Assembly: GCA_903847315.1 (NCBI GenBank)
Contig: CAINDG010000038.1
Coordinates: 67,750-131,749, forward strand
Source of the DNA: an uncultured Planctomycetota bacterium
GTDB taxonomy: Bacteria; Planctomycetota; Phycisphaerae; Sedimentisphaerales; UBA12454
DNA length: 64,000 nt
Direction of reading: 5' to 3'
Shown here: in pieces, positions 34,798 through 44,710 of the stretch
How the letters are laid out: every line of letters begins with the position of its first letter
Numbering within the stretch: position 1 is the stretch's first letter
Position numbers and translations under genes: made by a program
Notes under the pieces: generated by a model
What the model was told of the DNA's origin: nothing
Database searches by the model: none
What the model saw: the letters and a program-made list of their open reading frames with translations, nothing else

Positions 34798-37700
34798 ACC
34801 TGTACGGCAACGGCAGGAGCAAGAAAGTACAACCAGCCGGAAACATTTTTGGCGCCAAGGATATCGCCTGCCGCTTTGCAGTACCATTTCAACTGCGGCG
34901 CATAATGTTCACCTTTCTGCTGTGTCTGCGAAGAACTGATATGGTCAGTCTTAAAATCAATTATAACGATTCCGTCCGGCGTTTTAATCAGCATATCAAT
35001 AATGCCCTGAACGATGATTTTTTCATCGCCGCAATTTTTTAAATCGGGATACAACTCCGCAACAGATGCGGCGTAAGTAAACGGCCATTCCCTCATCACG
35101 GTATTGCTGCCGCTTTGCAAAAGTTTGCCTAAATCGCTGTTAAAAAATTTCAAAATCGACGAAATGTTAATTTTTTCTGCGGCTTGTTTTGTTATATAAC
35201 CCTTTTCAAACAAATCTGTTATGGTTCCGCTGATTATATTTTTGTCAACAGGAACAGTCAAATCCATATTCTTAATGACAAGATGAGTTGCGATGCCGAT
35301 GACGAGACTATTAGTTCTGTCGGTCAGTTTTTCAAATGATTCAAATGAAAAACTGTAATCGGCTCCGGCAAATTGTTTTTCTTCCTGCATAAGAGATGTT
35401 ACGGACTGCTTTGCTTTTATCCCGGCAGCTTTTTCAAACTGATACCGCCAGCTCAAATTTTTCGCGATGCCTTCAAGTAAAGCTTTGTCCGGCAAAGGCG
35501 ATTTGATTGTTTCATATCTGCTGACAGGATGTTTCTTCAGGAACTGTTTTTCAAGCTGCGAAATCTCATCGGGTCTGCATATTTTCAAATCGAAAAGATT
35601 GTCCTCTTTGCCTGTAATTTTCACCGGCAGTTCGAAATGAGAGTTTAATTTTTTATACGGCGCAAGGGACAATAGTATCCAGTCAAGCTCGCTTTTTGCA
35701 TCTTCTATCAGCCAATCAGGCAGTTTTTCAGAATCGCAAAGAGCCGCGTTGCTCAACAGCCGGATACAATTTTTTGATTCGGCTGCGCCGGAGACAATTA
35801 ACTTGTCTTTCGCACGCGTCATAGCGACATATAAAATTCTCATCTCCTCGGCAAGATTTTGTCCGGCCTGTTTTTGGCTGATTACCTGCCAGGTAAGCGA
35901 AGATAATTTTGTGCCGCTGTTTTCATCGATGATTTTAAGGCCGATAGTGTTCTGATTATCCGTTATGCAGTCGGTAGAATTGAAGCCGCCCTGAAATTTT
36001 CTGCTGGCCTCGGCCAAAATTACGATTGGAAACTCCAATCCTTTGCTTTTGTGCACACTCATTATCCTTACGGCGTTTGCGGCGGAGCTGTCGGGCTCGG
36101 CCGGAGCCCAGTCGCCGCCGGATTCGAGAAGTTTTTGCAGAAAATCAACGAACCGGGAAAGAGAAATAATATTAAAGCTGGATGTAAAGTTTTCAAATTG
36201 TATCGCCCGCTGATGCAGTTTCAATAAATTCGCCCGTCTTTGCGAACCGCCGGGCAGAGCGGAAACAAAAGATAATAAATCCGTCTGAGAATAAATCTGC
36301 CAGATTAAATCCGCAAGCGAACCGCGGCGGGCAAGAGTGCGCCAATCGTCAAGTTGCCGCAAAATATCAGAAATTTTCTTTTGTAAATTTTCGTCATCAG
36401 CTTTTTCAGCGACGGACTGGAGCAGCGAATAAAAATCGGTTTGTGATTTTTGATGCGATTTTATCTGCGAAAGTTCCGTATCAGAAAGGCCGAAAATCGG
36501 ACTTCTCAAAACAGAAGCAAGTGGAATGTCCTGGCAGGGATTATCCAAAACCTGCAGCAATGAAAGCATATCGTTAATTTCCGTGGCCGCAAAATAGCCT
36601 GCGGAACTGTCGCTAACGACAGGAATATTCGCAGAGCGAAGTATCTGAACATAATTATTCGCGCGCTGCTCAAATGCCCTGGTCAGAATTACAATATCGC
36701 TCCACCGGCACGGCCGGTAAGTATTGCCTGTTTTGTCATAGACCTGAAATTTTTCAATTTCCACAAGCTCTTTTATCCGGCGAGCAACCGTCAAGGCTCT
36801 GCAATTTATCGCTTCCGAAGAAACACTGTCATCCTCTTTTTCATCATTCTGTTCCTGTTCCGCGGGGTCCTGGTCAACGATAATCAGCTCCACATCTGGT
36901 TTTTGAACCTTGTCCGCGGAAGCGTTAAAAGGCTTCAAAGCGGCATTTTCGTCATAATCCACCGCCGCGACAGAAGCAGTCATAATGCGGGAGAAAACTT
37001 CATTGACGAAATTTAAAATACCGGCTCTTGAACGGAAGTTTTCATTCAAGTCGACACGGGATTTCGACCGGTCGATTTCGGTTTTGCCGAGACGTTCGAC
37101 AAACAGCCCGCAATCTGCGCCTCGCCAGGCGTAAATGCTCTGCTTGACATCGCCGACAACAAAAACTTTCGCCAGACCCGACAAGAGGTCGATTATCCTC
37201 TGCTGAACAGGGTTAATATCCTGATATTCATCAACAAAAATATATTTGTATTTTTTCTGCAGCTGCAAAGCAATATCGGACGGCCTGCCGCTATCAACGT
37301 CTTTGTTTTCAGACAACAACCTTAACATATATTGCTCAAGGTCGGCAAAATCGACGCTGCTCAATTGTTGCTTTCGCTGCTGATAGGCCAGACCGAATCT
37401 TTTGACAAGCTCAATTAAGACTTTTGTCTGCGAAGAACAGGCACCTGCGATAAGACCGGCGTAATCAGGATTGAGTATCGCAAGTTCAGAAAGTTTTTTG
37501 AAACCATCAATCGCTTTTCTCGCGGCAGCCTGAATAAACTCCTTTATTCCGTCTTCAAGACCTTTCGGTTTATTATCCCATTTAAATCCATCGAAACTGT
37601 TGAGAAATTCAATAAAAGATTCCAAATCGTCCTTTTGGAGAAAGTCAATCGCCAGTGTTACTGTCGGCAGACAATGACCTTCTATCTGATGTTTCCAATG

Positions 37701-38414
37701 ACCATCGGTAATTTTTTCATCGAGCTTTAAAGACCATTCAAACTGTTCTTTGAAAGTCTTGAGCTTATCGAGAATAATCTGCTTTTGACTTTTAACGGCA
37801 TCAGAAGAAACAGAAATTATCGCATCGTTCAAAATAACCGCTCTGTCGAACCAGTTTTGGCGTGATACGACAGAATCGAGGAAGTCGCTGATTTTAATAA
37901 TACAATTCAGGAAATTATTCTTTGGATTCGATATCGCCCTGTTCTGCAAAAGCTGCTGCATACCCTGCGGAAAATCGTCCCAGGCCTGTTCGATAACCTG
38001 CTGGAGAATTTCGGCTTTTATAAGTTTGCTTTCATCGCCGTCCATCACCCTGAAAGCGGGGTTGAGATTGAGACGATGAAAATGCTGAGCGATAACGCGT
38101 TTGCAGAATGAATGAATCGTGCTTATATCGGCGCCGTCGAGCATTAACAGCTGTTTGCGAAGATGAGCATTTTTCCCCTGCTGGGCAGAATCGCGCAGAT
38201 GCCGGGCTATACGCGTATTCATTTCGCCGGCGGCGGCATCTGTAAAAGTCAAAACGAGAATATCCGAAACGTCAGGACACAATTCCGGCATGCCGAGAAT
38301 CCTGACCGCCCGCTGAGACAGCACAGTGGTTTTGCCCGTGCCTGCGGAGGCGGCAACGGTTATATCGCCGCTTTGCGATTCGATTGCCTGCTTTTGTCCT
38401 TTAGTCCAGTTCAT
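34773..38414 (-). CDS. addA: ATP-dependent helicase/nuclease subunit A (UvrD-like helicase plus PD-(D/E)xK nuclease)
   Basis: 1213 aa. AASAGTGKTT, FVDEYQDINP and a C-terminal GIIDMLIKTPDGIVIIDFKTD. It overlaps addB by 4 nt. Confidence 0.9.
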   Translation of the reverse strand: MNWTKGQKQAIESQSGDITVAASAGTGKTTVLSQRAVRILGMPELCPDVSDILVLTFTDAAAGEMNTRIARHLRDSAQQGKNAHLRKQLLMLDGADISTIHSFCKRVIAQHFHRLNLNPAFRVMDGDESKLIKAEILQQVIEQAWDDFPQGMQQLLQNRAISNPKNNFLNCIIKISDFLDSVVSRQNWFDRAVILNDAIISVSSDAVKSQKQIILDKLKTFKEQFEWSLKLDEKITDGHWKHQIEGHCLPTVTLAIDFLQKDDLESFIEFLNSFDGFKWDNKPKGLEDGIKEFIQAAARKAIDGFKKLSELAILNPDYAGLIAGACSSQTKVLIELVKRFGLAYQQRKQQLSSVDFADLEQYMLRLLSENKDVDSGRPSDIALQLQKKYKYIFVDEYQDINPVQQRIIDLLSGLAKVFVVGDVKQSIYAWRGADCGLFVERLGKTEIDRSKSRVDLNENFRSRAGILNFVNEVFSRIMTASVAAVDYDENAALKPFNASADKVQKPDVELIIVDQDPAEQEQNDEKEDDSVSSEAINCRALTVARRIKELVEIEKFQVYDKTGNTYRPCRWSDIVILTRAFEQRANNYVQILRSANIPVVSDSSAGYFAATEINDMLSLLQVLDNPCQDIPLASVLRSPIFGLSDTELSQIKSHQKSQTDFYSLLQSVAEKADDENLQKKISDILRQLDDWRTLARRGSLADLIWQIYSQTDLLSFVSALPGGSQRRANLLKLHQRAIQFENFTSSFNIISLSRFVDFLQKLLESGGDWAPAEPDSSAANAVRIMSVHKSKGLEFPIVILAEASRKFQGGFNSTDCITDNQNTIGLKIIDENSGTKLSSLTWQVISQKQAGQNLAEEMRILYVAMTRAKDKLIVSGAAESKNCIRLLSNAALCDSEKLPDWLIEDAKSELDWILLSLAPYKKLNSHFELPVKITGKEDNLFDLKICRPDEISQLEKQFLKKHPVSRYETIKSPLPDKALLEGIAKNLSWRYQFEKAAGIKAKQSVTSLMQEEKQFAGADYSFSFESFEKLTDRTNSLVIGIATHLVIKNMDLTVPVDKNIISGTITDLFEKGYITKQAAEKINISSILKFFNSDLGKLLQSGSNTVMREWPFTYAASVAELYPDLKNCGDEKIIVQGIIDMLIKTPDGIVIIDFKTDHISSSQTQQKGEHYAPQLKWYCKAAGDILGAKNVSGWLYFLAPAVAVQVYPPFGSI

Positions 38415-41400
38415 TTGATTGTTTCAAAAAATTCCGTCTTTGAAATTTTCTTAACTTCCGCATAATCGTTTATCTGCCAGTCGAACCGGCAAAGCGATTT
38501 ATACGGACAATACGTACAGGCGATATTTTTTACATACCTGTAAGGTTTTACGTCAATTTCGCCTACAAGTATCCTGCCGCCAAGTTCTTTGAGCTTGTTT
38601 TCAGCAAAAGATAAAACTGCCGCAAAATGCTCGTCAGTCAAAAGCGAACTTGTTTCATAGGCGCTGAATTGCTTTTCCTTCTGTGTTATCCTGAAATTGT
38701 AAAAAGCGCTGTAGCCGGTTTGGATTTTGCCGTCGATAAGCTGGAAAAATTCGCCGTTGAAAATGCCTTTGGGTTTTCTTCTGATTTTTTCAGATTTTTT
38801 CTCAATTTCGCTCAAATCCGCCGAGTTCGGCGAGGTTTGAATCTGAAAATAAAACGCACTGAGAGGAATAAGATTTTTATATCCCAAAACAGTCAGATTT
38901 TTTACCGCGAGCAGATAAATTGGTAATTGCAAATCGAGACCTGCTGAAAACAGTGGCCAGTTAATTTTAGTTTCCGATGTTTTGTAATCGATAACCAGAC
39001 AATAGTTTGCGCCTGCTTTGGAAGCTATGTCGATTCTGTCGATTTTACCTTCGATGTGAAGTTTTTTGCCGTTTTCCAGTTTTATCTCAATGGCAGGCAA
39101 AGAATATTTGTCGCCAAAACCAATTTCAGATGCAATCTGAGAAAAACTTCCGGCAGAAGCAATCTGAGCAAATTCCAATACGGCGTTTTTGACCATCTGA
39201 GCGGCTGAAAGGATAATAAAACTGTTATGCTTCGTTCTCGCATTGAAACTTTTCAGAAACGAATCTTCAATAAGAAGTTTTTCAACTGCTCTGTCTGTAA
39301 GTCCTCCCAGCAAATCAGAGTCAGCATCGGAAAGACTGTGTTCTATGCTTTTGAGATTGTTAAATAATAATTCCAGAACTTTGTGAAAGAAAAGACCAAG
39401 ACTGAAAGGCTCCAATTCGAAAGTTTGTCTTTCCTCCAGCTCCAGGATATGTTTTGCGAAATACTGATATGGACAGCTTGCGAAAGACCTCAGCTTTGTT
39501 GCGCTGGCAGAAAGAATGTTCCTGACCGACAAATTATCAAGCCGGGCAATATTCTTATAATCTATCGCCGATTTAATCTTCCTTATATTGTCATTCCCGC
39601 AGGAATCAGAGCCGCGAATGTAAATGAGCGGTATTTCATCAATCAGCCATTTGCATCTGGCGTCCAAAGAATCGTCAGGCGATAAATTATCTCTGCCGAG
39701 ACGCGAGGCAAGCAGAGTAGTTAAATCGGAATTGCTTAAAATACTTTCAAAAGAATCGCTGCTTCCGAAATATTCTTTTTCCTGTAAGTCGTTGAATAAC
39801 GATTTTAACTGGCTGACAAGGAAACTGGGCTCAATCTTAGAACCTTTTTCGTTCCACATCGGATATGTAATATATAAATAATTGCTCGGACGCGTAAAAG
39901 CGATATAAGCAAGGTATCTGCGTTCGATAAGCTGCGATGAGCCTATGCGAGAAAGCTCAAATCCCGCATCTAAAGTAACTTTACGGTCGGCGTCGCTGAG
40001 AATATTGTCGTAATGAACCGGAATGGGAAACTGCTGCTGGGTTGCGCCGATGAGAAAAACCGCTTTCAGGTCGGGATGCCTGCTTCTTTCAATCGAGCCA
40101 ACAAGAACCTGGTCGAGTGCGGGCGGAATCAGGGCTACCGTCATATCGGAAAACGCGGAACTGATTATCGCGGCATACTGCTTTGCTGAAAATGAAGCGT
40201 TTTTGAAAATATAAGCGAAATCGTCCATCAACTGCGTAAACTGCGAGAAAAACTGCTGATGCAATTGCGCCTCATCGAGCCTGTTTGCCTCAAGTGCAGC
40301 TTTTGTCCAATCAGTCAATTGTCCTCTGACGTTCAGGCTATCGAGAAAATTAAAAAGTGCACTGCAAAATTTCTCGGCATCGATTGAACCGCTGCTTTGC
40401 AGCAAAGCCCTGAACTGCAAAAGATGTTCCGTCGCTTTGCGGCGGATTTTTTCTATTTGTTCATTATTGTAATCATCGTCAGGCGGCGCGAAATCCCATT
40501 CCTCGACGCCAAGCCAATCGTTTCCTTCAACTCCAAAGGCAAGGCAATAATTTTCAAGCTGGTCAACTTCATCCCGGCTTACAGGAACTAAATCGCTCTT
40601 TAGATAATTTATTACATCATTTGTAGTAAACCTGTCTGTCGCAATTTTCAGCGCACTTGTTATCAACTCAACTGCCGGGTATTGCTGAAGGTCTCGCCTG
40701 CGGTCGATAAAGAAAGGAATGCCGAAATCGCTGAATATCGCCTGTATGAAATGGCGATACTGGTCAATATCCGAAGCGATAACGGCTATATCGCGCCAGC
40801 GAAAACCTTTGTCCCTGACAAGGGAGCAAATCTGCCTGGCAACGTAATCGACTTCAAGCCTTGCCTTCGCACAGGCGGTAATTTTAATATTGTCCTGTGC
40901 TGAAACAGGCGGAATATCATCGAAACTGAAAATGTTTTTTTCAAGATGAGCCAGCGATTGTGAATTTTTGAAACGAGCCGGCTGGGTAAGGACAACAGGT
41001 TTTTCAACATTCAATTTTAACGACTTAATCAGGCCAAGAAGGTCGGCATAAGTTTTTGCCGTAGGCTCAAAGATGCCGGTATAGTCGTTCTCTGCTGCGG
41101 CGGGGTCAAGACACAGAGCAATTTTAGACGAAGCGGAAACTTTTAAAAGCTCCGTCAACAAAAGCATTTCAGAAGTAGTAAACCCCGCGAAACCATCGAC
41201 CCATAACAGGCAATTTTTGAGAAACGGCGTGCCGGCGACAGAATCTCTGGCAAGATTTAACTGGTTGTCGTTATTGAGGAAATTGCCTTCGACAAAGGCA
41301 AGATATTGTTTGTAAATCAGATTTATATCGGCAAGTTTGGAACAGGTCAGTTCCGAGGCGCCTGAACTTTTAAGATTTTCAAGAAGCCTGCCGACATCGT

Positions 41401-41815
41401 CAGGCGATTTGCCGAACTGCTGGAGCTCGGTTATGGCGTTCGCGACGCCGGCGGATGCAATGGAAGAAAAAATTGAAAGTTTTTCAGCATTTTCGCAAAG
41501 CAGTCTGTGAACAATCATATCCCTTGCCTGTGCGGTAAGCGGCCTCGCGGCAAGGTTCTTGCCGAAAATCAGATAACAGAGTCTTTGAAAAGACAGGATA
41601 TGTAATCGGCTGAAGCCTTTTATTCTCTTGTCCGAAAGGATTGCCCTTTCAGCCTGGTATGTCGCCTGCTCAGGAACAAGAAAGACAAGGTTTTGTTCAC
41701 TTTTATTTAGCCCCCAGCTCTGCCGGGGGTTCGCCTCAAGCAGACAATCGGTTATCTGCTTTATACAAAGCGTTGTCTTGCCAGTCCCGCTCCTGCCTAA
41801 TATAAATTGAACCAT
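38411..41815 (-). CDS. addB: ATP-dependent helicase/nuclease subunit B
   Basis: 1134 aa. GRSGTGKTT. C-terminal nuclease and Fe-S motifs CPYQYF, DRIDI..LVIDYKTS and CTYCPYKSLC. It contains an in-frame copy of the GC hairpin repeat (aa 27-39). Confidence 0.9.
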   Translation of the reverse strand: MVQFILGRSGTGKTTLCIKQITDCLLEANPRQSWGLNKSEQNLVFLVPEQATYQAERAILSDKRIKGFSRLHILSFQRLCYLIFGKNLAARPLTAQARDMIVHRLLCENAEKLSIFSSIASAGVANAITELQQFGKSPDDVGRLLENLKSSGASELTCSKLADINLIYKQYLAFVEGNFLNNDNQLNLARDSVAGTPFLKNCLLWVDGFAGFTTSEMLLLTELLKVSASSKIALCLDPAAAENDYTGIFEPTAKTYADLLGLIKSLKLNVEKPVVLTQPARFKNSQSLAHLEKNIFSFDDIPPVSAQDNIKITACAKARLEVDYVARQICSLVRDKGFRWRDIAVIASDIDQYRHFIQAIFSDFGIPFFIDRRRDLQQYPAVELITSALKIATDRFTTNDVINYLKSDLVPVSRDEVDQLENYCLAFGVEGNDWLGVEEWDFAPPDDDYNNEQIEKIRRKATEHLLQFRALLQSSGSIDAEKFCSALFNFLDSLNVRGQLTDWTKAALEANRLDEAQLHQQFFSQFTQLMDDFAYIFKNASFSAKQYAAIISSAFSDMTVALIPPALDQVLVGSIERSRHPDLKAVFLIGATQQQFPIPVHYDNILSDADRKVTLDAGFELSRIGSSQLIERRYLAYIAFTRPSNYLYITYPMWNEKGSKIEPSFLVSQLKSLFNDLQEKEYFGSSDSFESILSNSDLTTLLASRLGRDNLSPDDSLDARCKWLIDEIPLIYIRGSDSCGNDNIRKIKSAIDYKNIARLDNLSVRNILSASATKLRSFASCPYQYFAKHILELEERQTFELEPFSLGLFFHKVLELLFNNLKSIEHSLSDADSDLLGGLTDRAVEKLLIEDSFLKSFNARTKHNSFIILSAAQMVKNAVLEFAQIASAGSFSQIASEIGFGDKYSLPAIEIKLENGKKLHIEGKIDRIDIASKAGANYCLVIDYKTSETKINWPLFSAGLDLQLPIYLLAVKNLTVLGYKNLIPLSAFYFQIQTSPNSADLSEIEKKSEKIRRKPKGIFNGEFFQLIDGKIQTGYSAFYNFRITQKEKQFSAYETSSLLTDEHFAAVLSFAENKLKELGGRILVGEIDVKPYRYVKNIACTYCPYKSLCRFDWQINDYAEVKKISKTEFFETIK
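41706..41733. repeat. GC hairpin repeat, copy A (inside addB)
   Basis: TTTAGCCCCCAGctctgCCGGGGGTTCG. Confidence 0.9.
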
Positions 41816-41843
41816 ATTTTTTTAATCGCTGATTATGCTGATT

Positions 41844-42254
41844 TTACAGCCTGCCAGTTTTATAATATAAACGCTTGATATAGGATATGATTACAACAAT
41901 CCCATATATTACTATCGTATAAAATATTATCGAAAACACATATCCTAAAATCATGAACAATAGGGAATCCGGCATACAAAATAGTCGTGCTAAAAAACTA
42001 CCTGGATAAAAGAGCATACTAAATACTTTATCAATTAATTTAGTCTCTAATGAAGAACTTAACTGACTACCCGCTAATATTCCAAATATCACAATGACCG
42101 TAGAGGGTATCGAACAAAGAAACAAAGTTCTCATTTTGGGAAAGTGTTTTTGCAAAAACCACATCAATATAATAAACAAAACCGGAGGAAATACGAGTCC
42201 GATTATGAACAGGGCAAAATATATTGGTATATCTTTCCTGTTAAAAGTACTCAT
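41844..42254 (-). CDS. Orphan four-TM membrane protein (136 aa), strongly AT-rich
   Basis: Four hydrophobic segments and no motif recognised. Sampled line 41881 is 25% GC. Confidence 0.5.
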   Translation of the reverse strand: MSTFNRKDIPIYFALFIIGLVFPPVLFIILMWFLQKHFPKMRTLFLCSIPSTVIVIFGILAGSQLSSSLETKLIDKVFSMLFYPGSFLARLFCMPDSLLFMILGYVFSIIFYTIVIYGIVVIISYIKRLYYKTGRL

Positions 42255-42306
42255 AAAAGCCCTCTTTCATAACTTCAATCAAATAAAATTGTTTGTAACG
42301 ATGAAG

Positions 42307-43029
42307 TTAACCTCTGCCTTTCGGTACGGGCAAACCTAATTCGGCCAGGACGGTTTTCATATCTTCCCAGACTTTTCGCCTGTTTTCATCGGAATAATTT
42401 CGCAAGAGATACGCCGGATGAAAAGTCGGCATAAGCTTTATCGGAGGTGAAAAATCATCGAAATTAAAATCGTGAAATCTGCCGCGAAGCTGACCTATCG
42501 GCTTATTTGTTTCCAAAAGTGTTTTTGCGGCAGGCGCCCCGAGTGCGACAATCACTTTCGGCCTGATTAACCCAAGTTGTCTTTTCAAAAACGGCAGGCA
42601 GCTTATAATCTCCTCTGGTCTCGGCTCACGATTCTCCGGCGGCCGGCACTTTACAATATTACATATATATACATCGCTTCTCTTTAATCCCATAGCGTTT
42701 GTAATAATCTTGTCTAAAAGCTGGCCTGACCTGCCGACAAACGGTCTGCCCTGGGCATCTTCATCTGCGCCTGGACCTTCGCCGACAAAGACTATCTGGG
42801 CGTGAGGATTGCCTTCGCCGGGTACTGAATTTGTACGAGTAGTGCCAAGTACGCATTTTCGACAGGTATCGACTTCTTTAGCAAGCTGTTTAAGTTCATT
42901 GATTATGTCTTTTTGGGGCTGCTGAGGTGCAGCAGCAGGTTTGTCGGATTTTATCGCAAAGCCTGTAAAATACTCCTCCAGCTGGACGTGCTGGTTAAAA
43001 ACCTTCTTTAAATCTCCTTTTTCTGCCAT
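42307..43029 (-). CDS. Uracil-DNA glycosylase, family 4
   Basis: CRKCVLG..GEGNPHAQIVFVGEGPGADEDAQGRPFVGRSGQLL..NIVKCRPPENR. I prefer the ATG at 43029 as the start, because the track TTG at 43065 abuts the gdhA terminator. Confidence 0.85.
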   Translation of the reverse strand: MAEKGDLKKVFNQHVQLEEYFTGFAIKSDKPAAAPQQPQKDIINELKQLAKEVDTCRKCVLGTTRTNSVPGEGNPHAQIVFVGEGPGADEDAQGRPFVGRSGQLLDKIITNAMGLKRSDVYICNIVKCRPPENREPRPEEIISCLPFLKRQLGLIRPKVIVALGAPAAKTLLETNKPIGQLRGRFHDFNFDDFSPPIKLMPTFHPAYLLRNYSDENRRKVWEDMKTVLAELGLPVPKGRG

Positions 43030-43064
43030 AAACGTGATTTTAATCGCAATTCGTTCATTGGGCA

Positions 43065-43100
43065 ATAAAAAAGGGCGTTTGCCGTAAGGTAAACGCCCTT
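43065..43100 (-). terminator. Intrinsic terminator after gdhA
   Basis: Minus strand reads AAGGGCGTTT-accttacggc-AAACGCCCTT followed by TTTTATT. Confidence 0.8.
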
Positions 43101-43122
43101 CTAAACTTAAGATTTTTAATTT

Positions 43123-44529
<1,407 letters not shown>

Positions 44530-44710
44530 TTAAAATGAAATTGAACTAATCAAGCTGTAATTGCCTAATGGTAGGCCTTAAAAGTGCATAAATCAAACTT
44601 TAAAAGATTATACTTTGTATAAGTAAAACTTATAATATTAATAAAAACCCGAATTAACGACCTGCCGACAGCGGCAAAATTAAAATAATGGCCTATTCGA
44701 AGGTAAAGCT

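Noticed and set aside
34773-43065. addA-addB plus UDG as a defence island
   Set aside because: AddAB and family-4 UDG are housekeeping recombination and repair functions with native composition. Only the AT-rich 136-aa insert between them is anomalous, and it is reported separately.
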